Origin: Verrucomicrobiaceae bacterium
GTDB lineage: Bacteria; Verrucomicrobiota; Verrucomicrobiia; Verrucomicrobiales; V1-33
Reading direction: 5' to 3'
NCBI GenBank assembly: GCA_027483175.1
Contig: JAIXVE010000042.1
Coordinates: forward strand, 29-64,028
Length of the DNA: 64,000 nt
Position numbers and translations under genes: made by a program. Below are positions 18,769-28,302 of this stretch, in pieces. Below the pieces are notes generated by a model. The model had not been told where the DNA came from, made no database searches, and saw nothing but the letters and a program-made list of their open reading frames with translations. Position 1 is the stretch's first letter. Every line of letters starts with the position of its first letter.

Positions 18769-19554
18769 ATGGTGACGGGGGCATATGCGGATCGGTTTGG
18801 GGGGATGGGGCGATTGTTTGGGTTGGCGGCGATGGAGCGATTGGCGGGGGCGAGTGTGACGGTGGTGGGGGTTGGCGGGGTGGGGTCGTGGACGGTGGAG
18901 GCGTTGGTGCGGTCTGGGGTGGGGAGAGTGCGGATGATTGACGGGGATGACGTGTGTGTGACGAATGTGAACCGGCAGTTGCCGGCGATGAGTGGGACGG
19001 TGGGGAGGGCGAAGGTGGCGGTGCTGGCGGAGCGGATGCGATTGATCAATCCGGAGGTGGAGGTGGAAGCGGTGGAGGAATTTGTGGGTGCGGGGAATTG
19101 CGGGCGGCTGCTGCCTGAGGGATGCGGGGTGGTGGTGGATGCGGTGGATGTGACGACGGTGAAGGCGCTCATGATTGCGCACTGTGTGCGCGGGGGGATG
19201 CCGGTGGTGACGGTGGGCGGGGCGGGCGGACGGGTGGATGCGTGTGGCGTGCGGTGCACGGATCTGGCGCGGGCGCAGGGGGATAATTTGTTGAGGATGG
19301 TGCGGCGGGAGTTGCGGCGGTCGCATGGGTTTCCGGGTGGGGAGAGTGGGGCCTTGTTCGGGGTTGCGGCGGTGCATTCGAGTGAGGAGCAGCGGTATCC
19401 GCAGAAGGACGGGAGTTGCGGGGTTGAGGCGGAGCGAGGGGAGAGCCTGCGGATGGATTGTGCGAGCGGATGGGGCGCGGCGAGTTTTGTGACGGGGGTT
19501 TTCGGGTTTGCGGCGGCTGGGGAGGTGGTGCGGCGGATCGCCGAGGGGGGATGA
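18769..19554 (+). CDS. tcdA: ThiF-family E1-like enzyme, tRNA threonylcarbamoyladenosine dehydratase (TcdA/CsdL)-like
   Basis: RFGGMGRLFG..., the nucleotide-binding VVGVGGVGSWTVEALVRSGVGRVRMIDGDDVCVTNVNRQ, and the length and organisation typical of TcdA. Confidence 0.75.
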   Translation: MVTGAYADRFGGMGRLFGLAAMERLAGASVTVVGVGGVGSWTVEALVRSGVGRVRMIDGDDVCVTNVNRQLPAMSGTVGRAKVAVLAERMRLINPEVEVEAVEEFVGAGNCGRLLPEGCGVVVDAVDVTTVKALMIAHCVRGGMPVVTVGGAGGRVDACGVRCTDLARAQGDNLLRMVRRELRRSHGFPGGESGALFGVAAVHSSEEQRYPQKDGSCGVEAERGESLRMDCASGWGAASFVTGVFGFAAAGEVVRRIAEGG

Positions 19555-19594
19555 GAGCTTGCGTGGGGGGCGTGGGCATGCTTTGCGTGGGCGC

Positions 19595-20287
19595 ATGAGT
19601 GAAGCCCCTGAAGCCGTATCGAAGCCGCGCCGCCGCATTTCGCCTGGGTGCCTGATGCTGGTGATGGGTGGGTTGTGGATGGCGCTGTGGGGGTCGTGGA
19701 TGGTGATTTCGATGGTGAGGCAGGTGCAGGAGTTGCGGACGATCACGGACAAGGAGCCGCGACTGGTGGCCCCGCGGGCGGCGAGTGCGGTGGAGATTGA
19801 GGGATTGCGTGGGCGGATGCGGGAGTTTGGGGGTGCGGTGGGGGCGAAGCGGGCGGCGGTGCTGGAGTTGACGGTGGATGATTTGAACACGCTGCTGGCG
19901 GCCGAGCCTGCGGTGATGGCGATGCGGGAGTTTGCGGGGGTGGAGGCGATCACGGCGGCGGCGATCCGGTTTCGGGTATCGCTGGCGATGAACGGGATGC
20001 CGATGAGCGGGGAGCGGTTGTATTTGAACGGGTTCAGCGAAGTGAAGCCGGTGCGGCACGCTGAGAAGGGGTTGATCCTGGAGAGCGTGTCGGTGGAGGT
20101 GCCTGGGCGGGAGTTGTCGGCGGGATTCCGGGCGCATTATGTGCAGGCGAACCACCTGGACACCTTGCTGATGAGCGGGTTGCGGGAGACGACGGACAAG
20201 AGCGTGCTGGAAGTCCTGAAGCAGGTGACGGTGGTGCGATTGGAGCCGGGGAAAGTGGTGCTGGACTATGCGCCGGTGGTGCGATGA
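19595..20287 (+). CDS. Hypothetical single-pass membrane protein
   Basis: Track ORF trimmed to ATG 19595. TM segment CLMLVMGGLWMALWGSWMVISMV. Balanced composition. No family recognised. Confidence 0.55.
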   Translation: MSEAPEAVSKPRRRISPGCLMLVMGGLWMALWGSWMVISMVRQVQELRTITDKEPRLVAPRAASAVEIEGLRGRMREFGGAVGAKRAAVLELTVDDLNTLLAAEPAVMAMREFAGVEAITAAAIRFRVSLAMNGMPMSGERLYLNGFSEVKPVRHAEKGLILESVSVEVPGRELSAGFRAHYVQANHLDTLLMSGLRETTDKSVLEVLKQVTVVRLEPGKVVLDYAPVVR

Positions 20288-20427
20288 GGGGTGTGGGGTG
20301 CGGTGAAACGGGGTGAAATCGGAGGGAGGGAATCGATTCCTGGCGTTCCGCGGGTTGACAATTCCCGTGTCAGCCTGTTTCCTGCGCGTTCCCGGGTTTC
20401 CGGGGAGCATTTTCCCAATCTTTGACC

Positions 20428-21597
20428 ATGGACTTCGTCACACCACACATCTCGACCCTCGCCCCATCGATCACCCTCGCGGTCACCAGCCAGGCTGCGA
20501 AAATGAAGAAGGAGGGCATTGACGTGTGCAGTTTCGGGGCGGGCGAGCCGGACATGGATACCCCGGCGCACATCAAGGAGGCGTGCATCAAGGCGCTGGC
20601 GGAAGGGAAGACGAAGTATACGGCGTCGGCTGGTTTGCTGGAGCTGCGGGAGGCGATCTGTGCGAAGCTGGCGGCGGACAATGCGTTGGAGTACACGCCG
20701 GATCTGCTGAGTGTGAACTGCGGGGCGAAGCATTCGTGTTACAACGCGATTCTGGCGACGTGCGGACCGGGGGATGAGGTGGTGATTCCGTCGCCGTACT
20801 GGACGAGTTATCCTGACATGGTGAGGATTGCGGGGGCGACTCCGGTGATTGTGCAGACGAAGCAGGAGAACGGGTGGAAGATGACGCCTGAGGAGTTTGA
20901 GGCGGCGATGACGCCTTCGACGAAGATGGTGATTCTGAACAGCCCGTCGAATCCGACTGGGGCGGTTTACACCCGTGAGGAACTGGAGCAGATCGGGGAG
21001 ATTGCGGCGTCAGAGGACATTCTGATTCTGTCGGACGAGATTTACGAGAAGCTGGTGTATGAGGACACCGAGCACGTGTCGATTGCGAGCCTGAGCCGTG
21101 AGTTGAGGGATCTGACGATTGTGGTGAACGGCTTTTCGAAGGCGTACAGCATGACCGGGTGGCGGATTGGTTATACGGCGACGGGGAACAAGAAGATTGC
21201 GGAGGCGATTGATACGATTCAGAGCCACACGACCTCGGCGCTGGCGACGTTTGCGCAGTATGGGGCGCTGGCGGCCCTGCAGGGTGATCAGAACATCATT
21301 GAGGACATGCGGCAGGAGTTTGACCTGCGCCGCGGGTACATGATGCGTCGTTTCCAGACCCTGACCAATCTGTCGGTGGTGGAGCCGAAGGGAGCGTTTT
21401 ACTTCCTTGTGAACATTGGGCGGATGGGGATCAAGAGCGTCAATTTTGCGGAGAAGCTGCTGAGCCGCAGTCATGTGGCGGTGGTGCCGGGGATTGCGTT
21501 CGGGGCGGATGACACGATCCGGTTCAGCTATGCGTGCAGCCTTGATGTGATCAAGAAGGGCCTGGACCGGTTTGAGGAGTTTGTGAAGTCGCACTGA
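20428..21597 (+). CDS. Class I PLP-dependent aminotransferase (aspartate aminotransferase-like)
   Basis: SFGAGEPDMDTP..., SPYWTSYPDMV, and the PLP-lysine motif NGFSKAYSMTGWRIGY. The track start (TTG 20422) was moved to ATG 20428. Confidence 0.9.
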   Translation: MDFVTPHISTLAPSITLAVTSQAAKMKKEGIDVCSFGAGEPDMDTPAHIKEACIKALAEGKTKYTASAGLLELREAICAKLAADNALEYTPDLLSVNCGAKHSCYNAILATCGPGDEVVIPSPYWTSYPDMVRIAGATPVIVQTKQENGWKMTPEEFEAAMTPSTKMVILNSPSNPTGAVYTREELEQIGEIAASEDILILSDEIYEKLVYEDTEHVSIASLSRELRDLTIVVNGFSKAYSMTGWRIGYTATGNKKIAEAIDTIQSHTTSALATFAQYGALAALQGDQNIIEDMRQEFDLRRGYMMRRFQTLTNLSVVEPKGAFYFLVNIGRMGIKSVNFAEKLLSRSHVAVVPGIAFGADDTIRFSYACSLDVIKKGLDRFEEFVKSH

Positions 21598-21630
21598 GAC
21601 CGGAAGGACTGAGATAAGAGAATCAAAGAG

Positions 21631-21671
21631 AACCGCCGCTCCCTGCTGAGGCAGAGGGCGGCGGTTTTTTG
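21631..21671 (+). terminator. Rho-independent (probably bidirectional) terminator between convergent genes
   Basis: AACCGCCGC (21631..21639) pairs with GCGGCGGTT (21658..21666), followed by a T6 run. The minus-strand reading is also followed by T-rich sequence. Confidence 0.8.
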
Positions 21672-21705
21672 TGAGGGAAGAGGAGGGAGTGGAAGGAGAG
21701 GTTGT

Positions 21706-22944
21706 TCAGGGGCGCTTGGCGGCGGCGACGATGGGGTCGTAGGCCTTGCGGGAGCGTTCGCGGGTCTCGGGGAGGGCGGTGGCGAGGGCGTCGGCGAGGG
21801 CCTGGCGGTTTTGCCATGCGGACTGGACTCGGGCGAGGCCAGCGCCTGGGGCGAGGAAGTCCTTGATGGAGATGAGGGCGGCGTTCTGGGTGAGTTCCTT
21901 GCCGAGGAGGTCGTTGAGGATGCCTTCGGCTTTGATGCTGTAGCCGATGACGAGGGTGGGGACGCCTGTGGAGAGGCCGGCGATGGCGGCGTGCATGCGT
22001 TCGGCGACGACGAGGTCGCAGCGGGAGATGATGGCTTTGTAGTCGGAGGCGCTGAAGTCGCCGCCGGCGAGACGGACGCGGGGGTCGTGGCCGATGCGGC
22101 GGAGGATTTCGGTGGCGATGACGCGGTCCTCGTTTTTGGCGGAGGTTTCCTGGACGTGGGGGATGATGATGATGTTGGCGTCGAGGGAAGAGCGGAGCCA
22201 TGAGATGACCTCGATCCATGTATCGACGTGGCGTGAGGCGTCGGAGCCCATCCAGTGGCAGATGGCGGAGCTGGTGCTGAGGGCGATGGTGGGGCGGTCC
22301 GGGAGGGCGCGGTGGTGATTGAAGAGGGCGTCGCCTTCGGTGGCATCGGGCTGGGTGAGGAGGAAGGCGGGATCGGCGACGAGGTGGATGCGGTCGTGGG
22401 GGAGCTTGAGGACGTCGCGGAGGTAGTTGAAGGAAGCGGATTCGCGGACGGTGATGGCGCTGGCGTGTTTTGCCAGGTCGGAGAAGGCGGCGGTGTCCGG
22501 GTTGTTATTGAAGGGCCCGATGGACTGGGCGTGGATGATGAAGGGGACGGCGGCGGCGTGGGCGATGCGGAGGGGTTGGAGGTGGGAGAGGAGCGAGCGG
22601 TGGCCGTATTCCGAGCAGAAGACATCGCCACCGCTGGCGACGACGCAGGAAGCGGTGCGGAGTTCTGCGGCGGCGATGGCGGCGTCCTTGTCGAGGGAGG
22701 GGACGACGGAAGTGAGGAGCTTGCGGAGACGGCCGGCGTAGAGCGGGCGGATGGTGTAGTCGTGGATGAAGCGGACGTCTTTGTCAGGGAGTCTGGAGGC
22801 ATCGAAGTCCGGGGCGCGATCGAGGACGGTGAATGTGGCTCCGGGGAGGCGGAGCCGGAGCTGGGCGATGGTGGAGACGACGAGGGCTTCGACCCCGTGG
22901 TTTCTGAAGGAGGTGATGCCTGTGATGACGATTTTCTGGCTCAT
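21706..22944 (-). CDS. Polysaccharide pyruvyl transferase family protein
   Basis: 412 aa. N-terminal KIVITGITSFRNHGVEALVVSTI and C-terminal ERMHAAIAGLSTGVPTLVIGYSIKAEG resemble WcaK/CsaB-type pyruvyl transferases. Last gene of the EPS array. Confidence 0.6.
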   Translation of the reverse strand: MSQKIVITGITSFRNHGVEALVVSTIAQLRLRLPGATFTVLDRAPDFDASRLPDKDVRFIHDYTIRPLYAGRLRKLLTSVVPSLDKDAAIAAAELRTASCVVASGGDVFCSEYGHRSLLSHLQPLRIAHAAAVPFIIHAQSIGPFNNNPDTAAFSDLAKHASAITVRESASFNYLRDVLKLPHDRIHLVADPAFLLTQPDATEGDALFNHHRALPDRPTIALSTSSAICHWMGSDASRHVDTWIEVISWLRSSLDANIIIIPHVQETSAKNEDRVIATEILRRIGHDPRVRLAGGDFSASDYKAIISRCDLVVAERMHAAIAGLSTGVPTLVIGYSIKAEGILNDLLGKELTQNAALISIKDFLAPGAGLARVQSAWQNRQALADALATALPETRERSRKAYDPIVAAAKRP

Positions 22945-24170
22945 GGGGTGGTGGGTGAGGATTTTGAGGGGATGAGGGAGGAGTAGCGGTTAGCGAGACG
23001 AGCGCCGATGGCGGGCCAGCCGAATTGCTGGGTGGCGGTGTCGATGCCGTGCGATTCGAGGGAAGCGCGGAGGGCGGGGTCGTTGAGGGCGCGGGCGATG
23101 GCCTGGGCGAAGGCCGGGGCGTCGTCGGCGAGGAGGATATTGTGATCGTGGATGAGGTTGAGGCCTTGAGCGCCGATGGTGGTGGAGACGACGGGCGTGC
23201 CGATGGCGAGGGATTCGACGATTTTGAGGCGAGTGCCGCCGCCGATGCGGAGGGGGACCATCTGGAGCCACGAGCGGCGATAGTATGGGCGGACATCGGG
23301 GACCCCGCCGGTGACGGTGACGCCGGTGCGTGAGCCGTAGGCCTGGACCTCGGGGAGCGGGTTTTTGCCGACGACGAGGATGCGGACGTTAGGGACGAGC
23401 TGGAGGAGTGCGTCGTGGATGGAGGAGAAGAACCAGCGGAGTGCGTCGACGTTAGGACTGTAGTCCATGGCTCCGCAGAAGATGACGGTGGGGTCCGGGT
23501 CGCGGGGTTCGGGCGCGGAGGCCGGGTGGAAGTAGTCGAGATCGACGCCGTTGGCGACGACCATGACGGGGGCTTTGGGGGTGATGCGGCGGTGGATGAA
23601 GGTTTCGTCGTCGGGGCCGCAGACGATTTCGAGGGCGGTGGACTTGGCGAGGAGACGTTCGTAGCGCCAGAGTTTGGCGTAGCTTTCCCAGCGGAGGAGA
23701 CGGTCGCGGAGGGAGAAGTGGAGTGTTTTGTGTTCCATGAGCTGGAACTGGAGATCGACGCGGCTGCGGTCGACGACGAAGGGAGTGTGGTGGGCGTGCG
23801 GGAGCACGTAGGGCATGAGGACGAGGTCGCAGATGTGGACGAGGTCGTAGCGGCCGGGGGTGAGGAGCTGATTGATGGTGTTAGCGACCTCGGGTTGCTG
23901 CCAGTGCTGGACGTTGCTGGGGAGCGGGTTGAGGAGACGCTGGGGGAAGAGCTTCTGCCATGGCGGGTGGGCGAAGGGGATGAAGGTGACGGAGCGGCAG
24001 AATGCGGAGAAGACGGCGCGTTTTTCGTCGAGGTCCGGGGATGGTTCGGTGAGGGCGACGAAGTCGACCTCGTGGTGAGCGGCGAGGGCCTTGAGGAGGT
24101 GGAACGTGCGTTGGTAGGTGCCGCGGTCGAGCGGCCACGGGGCGTAGGGGTAGAAGACGAGGAGCTTCAT
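22941..24170 (-). CDS. Glycosyltransferase, GT-B fold (GT4-like)
   Basis: MKLLVFYPYAPWPLDRGTYQRTFHLLKALA...; C-terminal ...PLRIGGGTRLKIVESLAIGTPVVSTTIGAQGL is an E-x7-E-type region. ATGA overlaps on both sides. Confidence 0.8.
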   Translation of the reverse strand: MKLLVFYPYAPWPLDRGTYQRTFHLLKALAAHHEVDFVALTEPSPDLDEKRAVFSAFCRSVTFIPFAHPPWQKLFPQRLLNPLPSNVQHWQQPEVANTINQLLTPGRYDLVHICDLVLMPYVLPHAHHTPFVVDRSRVDLQFQLMEHKTLHFSLRDRLLRWESYAKLWRYERLLAKSTALEIVCGPDDETFIHRRITPKAPVMVVANGVDLDYFHPASAPEPRDPDPTVIFCGAMDYSPNVDALRWFFSSIHDALLQLVPNVRILVVGKNPLPEVQAYGSRTGVTVTGGVPDVRPYYRRSWLQMVPLRIGGGTRLKIVESLAIGTPVVSTTIGAQGLNLIHDHNILLADDAPAFAQAIARALNDPALRASLESHGIDTATQQFGWPAIGARLANRYSSLIPSKSSPTTP

Positions 24171-24700
24171 GGGGCTTCGTTGCAGCGCAGGTTCTGTTCG
24201 GAGATGATTCTGGCGGGGATGCCGACGGCGGTGGCGTTAGGGGGGATGTCTTTGGTGACGACGGAGGAGACCCCGATGATGGCGTGGTCGCCGATGGTGA
24301 CTGCGCCGACGGCTTTGGCACCGTCGCCCATGAAGACGTGGGCGCCGAGGGTGGGGCCTTTTTTTGCGCCGTGGGCGAGGACGAGCCGGACATCGGCGTA
24401 GAGGTCGCAATCCGGGCCGATGGAGGAATGGGGAGCGATGATGAGGCCCATGGGGTGGGGGAGGCGGAGGCCTGGGCCGATGGTGGCGAGTTTGGAGACC
24501 TCGATTTTGAAGAACCAGAAGAGGAGTTTGGCGGCGAAGATGGTGGGGACGTGGTGCTGGGCGCACCAGAACTGGAAGCGGATGAGGGCGACGGCGTGGA
24601 TGCTGTTGAGGGAGAGGCAGAGGGCGGCGCGTTTGAGTGGGCCCGCGGGGAGATAGTCCCGGAGGTTGCGGCGGATATCGGCCTTGAGGTTAGGGAACAT
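24167..24700 (-). CDS. Hexapeptide-repeat O-acetyltransferase (serine acetyltransferase/EpsC-like)
   Basis: Left-handed beta-helix repeats IGPGLRLPHPMGLIIAPHSSIGPDCDLYADVRL...VFMGDGAKAVGAVTIGDHAIIGVSSVV. Confidence 0.8.
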   Translation of the reverse strand: MFPNLKADIRRNLRDYLPAGPLKRAALCLSLNSIHAVALIRFQFWCAQHHVPTIFAAKLLFWFFKIEVSKLATIGPGLRLPHPMGLIIAPHSSIGPDCDLYADVRLVLAHGAKKGPTLGAHVFMGDGAKAVGAVTIGDHAIIGVSSVVTKDIPPNATAVGIPARIISEQNLRCNEAP

Positions 24701-24706
24701 GGCGGG

Positions 24707-25837
24707 TCAGTTGAAGCGGGACCAGAGGGATTGGTAGGCGGCGACGGCGGAGGGCCAGTTGGAGACTGGGGCGGCGAGCTGGGAGGAGAGGAATGCCAGG
24801 TGTTCCGGGACGAGATCCGGGGCCCAGAGGAGGAGCGGGAGGGCGTTGAGGAGACCCTCACGCGGGTAGCGGAGGGCGAGGGGCGAGCAGATGCCTTTGG
24901 GGCCGAAGGCGCGGAGACGGACGAGCGGGTTTTTGAGGAGGGACGTTTCCGGGCACTTCGATGACTTGTTAGATGAGTAGGCGAGGGGTGTGGGGAAGGA
25001 GGCGGAGAGACGGCGGGATTCGAGCCATGAGAAGACGGCCCATGCGGTTTGGGAGACTGAGGCGTGGAGGGCGGCGAGTTCGGATAGGGAGGCGGAGGAG
25101 CGGGCCGGGTGGAGTTTGAATTCCGTGCCGGCGGCGTGGTCGGCGCGGATGGCGTCGATGGGGAGGGACGGTTCAGTCAGGGAGAGGAGCCGCTGGTGGC
25201 GTTCGAGACAGGACCAGTGGTAGAGCCCGTGGGCGGCGAGGAGGGCGTCGCCGATGGCGAGTTGGGCCTTGGCGATGTTGCGGCCGGTGAAGTCGGCGTC
25301 GGCGGAGGAGAAGTCGGGTTGCTGGAGCCGGGCGGCGGCGAAGAGGAGGCCCGAGCAGCGGTTCATGAGGAGCCGGGTGGCTTCGTGGAGAGGGATGCGG
25401 GAGCCGTCGGCGAGGTGGGAGCAGGAGGCGAGGATATCGGGTGGGCCGGTGATGACCCGGTGGCCGGCGACGAGGTCGTAGAAGAACATGGAAGGCCCGC
25501 TGTGCTGGAGCGAGGCGAGCGAGAGGATTTTGAATTCGACGTCGATGCCGAGGGAGGCGGAGTGGCGTTGTTCGAGGGCGTGGATGGCGTGGTGGAAGCG
25601 GCGTTCGTTGAGACGGGGTGGGCCGGAGATGAGGATGAAGAATTCGAGATCGTTGTAGGGTGCGTCGCCGTTGGGGGTGGCGAGGACACCGCCTTCGCCG
25701 CGGCCGTAGCCGCCGCCGAGGATGAGGGCCTGGAGGAGGTTAGGGGGGACGATGGCGCTGAGGTCTGCACCGATGGCGGAGCAGGATTGAGCGAGGAGGG
25801 CCTCGAGTTGGGGGCTGCCGTCGCGGGTGAAGGTCAT
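24707..25837 (-). CDS. Hypothetical protein with Pol-beta-superfamily nucleotidyltransferase motif
   Basis: LILGGGYGRGEGGVLATPNGDAPYNDLEFFIL fits G-[GS]-x(9-13)-D-x-[DE] and is followed by a helical region. No closer family recognised. Confidence 0.5.
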   Translation of the reverse strand: MTFTRDGSPQLEALLAQSCSAIGADLSAIVPPNLLQALILGGGYGRGEGGVLATPNGDAPYNDLEFFILISGPPRLNERRFHHAIHALEQRHSASLGIDVEFKILSLASLQHSGPSMFFYDLVAGHRVITGPPDILASCSHLADGSRIPLHEATRLLMNRCSGLLFAAARLQQPDFSSADADFTGRNIAKAQLAIGDALLAAHGLYHWSCLERHQRLLSLTEPSLPIDAIRADHAAGTEFKLHPARSSASLSELAALHASVSQTAWAVFSWLESRRLSASFPTPLAYSSNKSSKCPETSLLKNPLVRLRAFGPKGICSPLALRYPREGLLNALPLLLWAPDLVPEHLAFLSSQLAAPVSNWPSAVAAYQSLWSRFN

Positions 25838-26712
25838 GGTGTGGGGTCGCGTTGGTAGTCGAGCCAGCCCTGGCGGAAGCCGGCGAGTTTACCGGAGCGC
25901 TGGGCGAAGCGGATGCGTGCGGCGGCGGGGAGTTGGCTGAGTTTGTGGTGCTGGCGGAACCAGCGGAGGTCCTTGCGGAGGTCGGCGGCGGTGCCGAGGG
26001 CGACGGTGCGGAGCCATGAGAAGTCGGAGGGTTTGCCCTGATAGGTGGCGGCCATGGCGCGGGCGTCGCCGAAGGCGCGTTTGCGGGCCTGGGCGGGGGT
26101 GTAGTTGTGGCTGTGCATGGCGACGGAATCCGGGACGTAGGCGATTTCGAAGCCCTCCTTGATGCACCAGCGGGTGTATTCGTCGTCTTCTGCGAACTGG
26201 AGGTCCTCGCGGAAGCCGCGGCGCTGCCAGACATCGCGGCGGATGCCGCTGCTGACCATGCTGAAGAAGTGGTCCCAGTTTGCGGATTCGCGGTTAGGGC
26301 CGAAGCAGCGGTCGTAGTCGTGAGCGAAGACGGCGAGACAGTCCGGGCGGGGGATCTGGCGGGAGAAGGCGGCGGCGGTGCGGGGGTTCTGGAGGGCGTC
26401 GAATAGAGGCTGGAGCCAGAGAGTGCCCTGGGGGGTGGCGTCGGCGTTGAGGAAGATGACGGAGTCGGCGGCGGCGAGGCGCATGCCGGTGTTCATGACC
26501 TTGCTGGGGTTGTACTCGTGGGGTTGGATCTGGATGAAGTGGGCTGGGTTGGCGGCTTTGATGAGGTCCTGGGAGCCGTCGGATGAGCCGCTGTCGATGA
26601 CGATGAGTTCCCATGAGGGGAAGGACTGGGCGGCGAGGGCGGGGAGCGTTTCGCGGAGGGCCCATGCCTCGTTGAACGAGCGCATCACGATGCTGGCGAG
26701 CGGCGGGTTCAT
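25834..26712 (-). CDS. Glycosyltransferase family 2
   Basis: ASIVMRSFNEAWALRETLPALAAQSFPSWELIVIDSGSSDGS..., FLNADATP (D-x-D-like) and a QFAEDDEY region. Confidence 0.85.
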   Translation of the reverse strand: MNPPLASIVMRSFNEAWALRETLPALAAQSFPSWELIVIDSGSSDGSQDLIKAANPAHFIQIQPHEYNPSKVMNTGMRLAAADSVIFLNADATPQGTLWLQPLFDALQNPRTAAAFSRQIPRPDCLAVFAHDYDRCFGPNRESANWDHFFSMVSSGIRRDVWQRRGFREDLQFAEDDEYTRWCIKEGFEIAYVPDSVAMHSHNYTPAQARKRAFGDARAMAATYQGKPSDFSWLRTVALGTAADLRKDLRWFRQHHKLSQLPAAARIRFAQRSGKLAGFRQGWLDYQRDPTP

Positions 26713-26724
26713 GGATAGGAAGAG

Positions 26725-28302
26725 TCAGGGTGCGGACGGACGGAAGCGTGCGGGAAGGCGGGAGAGAACCTTGGATTTCTCGGCGGGGAGGAGGGCGATG
26801 GACCAGATGCCGGCGAGGGCGGCGAGGCCGGTGATGGCCATGCCGAGGAGGGAGGGGAGCCATTGCGGGTTGCCGAAGGTCGGGCCGAGGAGGGCGCGGC
26901 AGAGGAGACCGGTGGCGAGCATGGGGATGCAGGCGAGGAGCGGTCGGGCGATGGTGGAGGAGAAGAGGGTGAGCGGGGATGTGTTGACCTCGCGGGCGGC
27001 CCAGCGCCAGAGGAGCCCCCAGCCGAAGAGGATGGTGGGGAGGACGGAGCCAGCGGCGACCCCGATGACGGCGTCGGACTGCCAGCCGCGGTGGACGAGG
27101 AGGAGTGTTAGGGAAACGGAGAAGAGGATATTGAGGGCGGCTTCGGCGAGGCCCTGCCACATGAGACGGCGTTCCTGGCCGCACATCATGAACATTTTTT
27201 TGAAGACGAGGTGAGTGAGGGCGAGGTGGAAGTACCAGAAGAGGAGGATTTCGCCGACGATGAGCGTGGCGAAGGCGGGTTGTTTTTCGCCGGTGAGGAT
27301 GCGGACGAGGAGGTCGAGGTAGAGAGCGCCGCCGGTGTAGAGAGGTGCGGCGACGAGGACGGTGAGGCGGAGCCCCTTGCGGAACATTTCGTGGAGGGCG
27401 TCGCGGCGGCCGCCGGCGTGGAGGAAGGCGGCGGCTGGGGAGAGGGCGTCGGAGATCTGTTTGGTGATGATGCCGAACATTTCGCCGGCTTTGCCGCCGG
27501 CCTGGTAGAGCGTGACGGCGGGGAGGCCGACGAGGGCACCGGCGACGACCTGATCGGTTTTGTTGCGGAGGAGATTGCTGATCATGTTGAGCCACGCGAA
27601 GAGCGAGAACTTGCCGGTGGAGAAGAGTTCGCTGCGGCTGAAGAGGGAGGGGCGGAGACGAACATCGGGCATGGCGCGGAGGGCGGCGAAGCCAGCGAGG
27701 ATGTCGGGGCCGAGGACGCAGGCGAGGGCGATGGCGAAGACGGCGAAGAGCCCCCAATTGAAGTGGAGGGCGAGGGCGAGGAGGACCGCATTGGCGACGA
27801 GGCCGAGCATGGCGATGCGGTTGGCGGTTTTGAGCTGCTGAAGACCGCGGAGGACCTCGGGGAAGATGCCGAGAGGGAAGCCGAGGGCCATGCCTGCGAA
27901 GAAGAGGACGGTGACCGGGCGGTAGAGTTGGATTTTGTCAGGGGCGACCCCGAGCCAGTGCATGAGCGGGTCGGCGAGGGCCCAGCCGGCGAGCCCGATG
28001 AGGGTAGCGGCGGCGAGGTAGAAGAAGAAGATGGTGCTGAGGGCGCGGCTGAGACGGTCCCAGTCGCGCTTGGCGAGACCTTCGGCGACGCGTTTCTGGG
28101 CGGCGTAGCCGAAGCCGAAGTCGAGGAGGATGCCGTAGCCGAAGACACTCCAGAGGAGGGACCAGAAGCCGAAGTCATCGCGGCTGAGGCCCTGATAGAG
28201 CATGCGGAACGTGACGAGGCCGAGGACGATGCGGAGGATGGTGCGGCCGTAGTTGGAGAGGGCCCCGCTCCATGCGGCTTTTTTGACGTCGTCGGTGTTC
28301 AT
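26725..28302 (-). CDS. wzx: Wzx-type oligosaccharide flippase (MOP superfamily polysaccharide biosynthesis protein)
   Basis: Track ORF (to 28590) trimmed to ATG 28302, which forms an ATGA overlap with the upstream GT stop. It is a multi-TM protein beginning MNTDDVKKAAWSGALSNYGRTILRIVLGLVTFRML... with about 12-14 hydrophobic segments. Confidence 0.75.
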   Translation of the reverse strand: MNTDDVKKAAWSGALSNYGRTILRIVLGLVTFRMLYQGLSRDDFGFWSLLWSVFGYGILLDFGFGYAAQKRVAEGLAKRDWDRLSRALSTIFFFYLAAATLIGLAGWALADPLMHWLGVAPDKIQLYRPVTVLFFAGMALGFPLGIFPEVLRGLQQLKTANRIAMLGLVANAVLLALALHFNWGLFAVFAIALACVLGPDILAGFAALRAMPDVRLRPSLFSRSELFSTGKFSLFAWLNMISNLLRNKTDQVVAGALVGLPAVTLYQAGGKAGEMFGIITKQISDALSPAAAFLHAGGRRDALHEMFRKGLRLTVLVAAPLYTGGALYLDLLVRILTGEKQPAFATLIVGEILLFWYFHLALTHLVFKKMFMMCGQERRLMWQGLAEAALNILFSVSLTLLLVHRGWQSDAVIGVAAGSVLPTILFGWGLLWRWAAREVNTSPLTLFSSTIARPLLACIPMLATGLLCRALLGPTFGNPQWLPSLLGMAITGLAALAGIWSIALLPAEKSKVLSRLPARFRPSAP

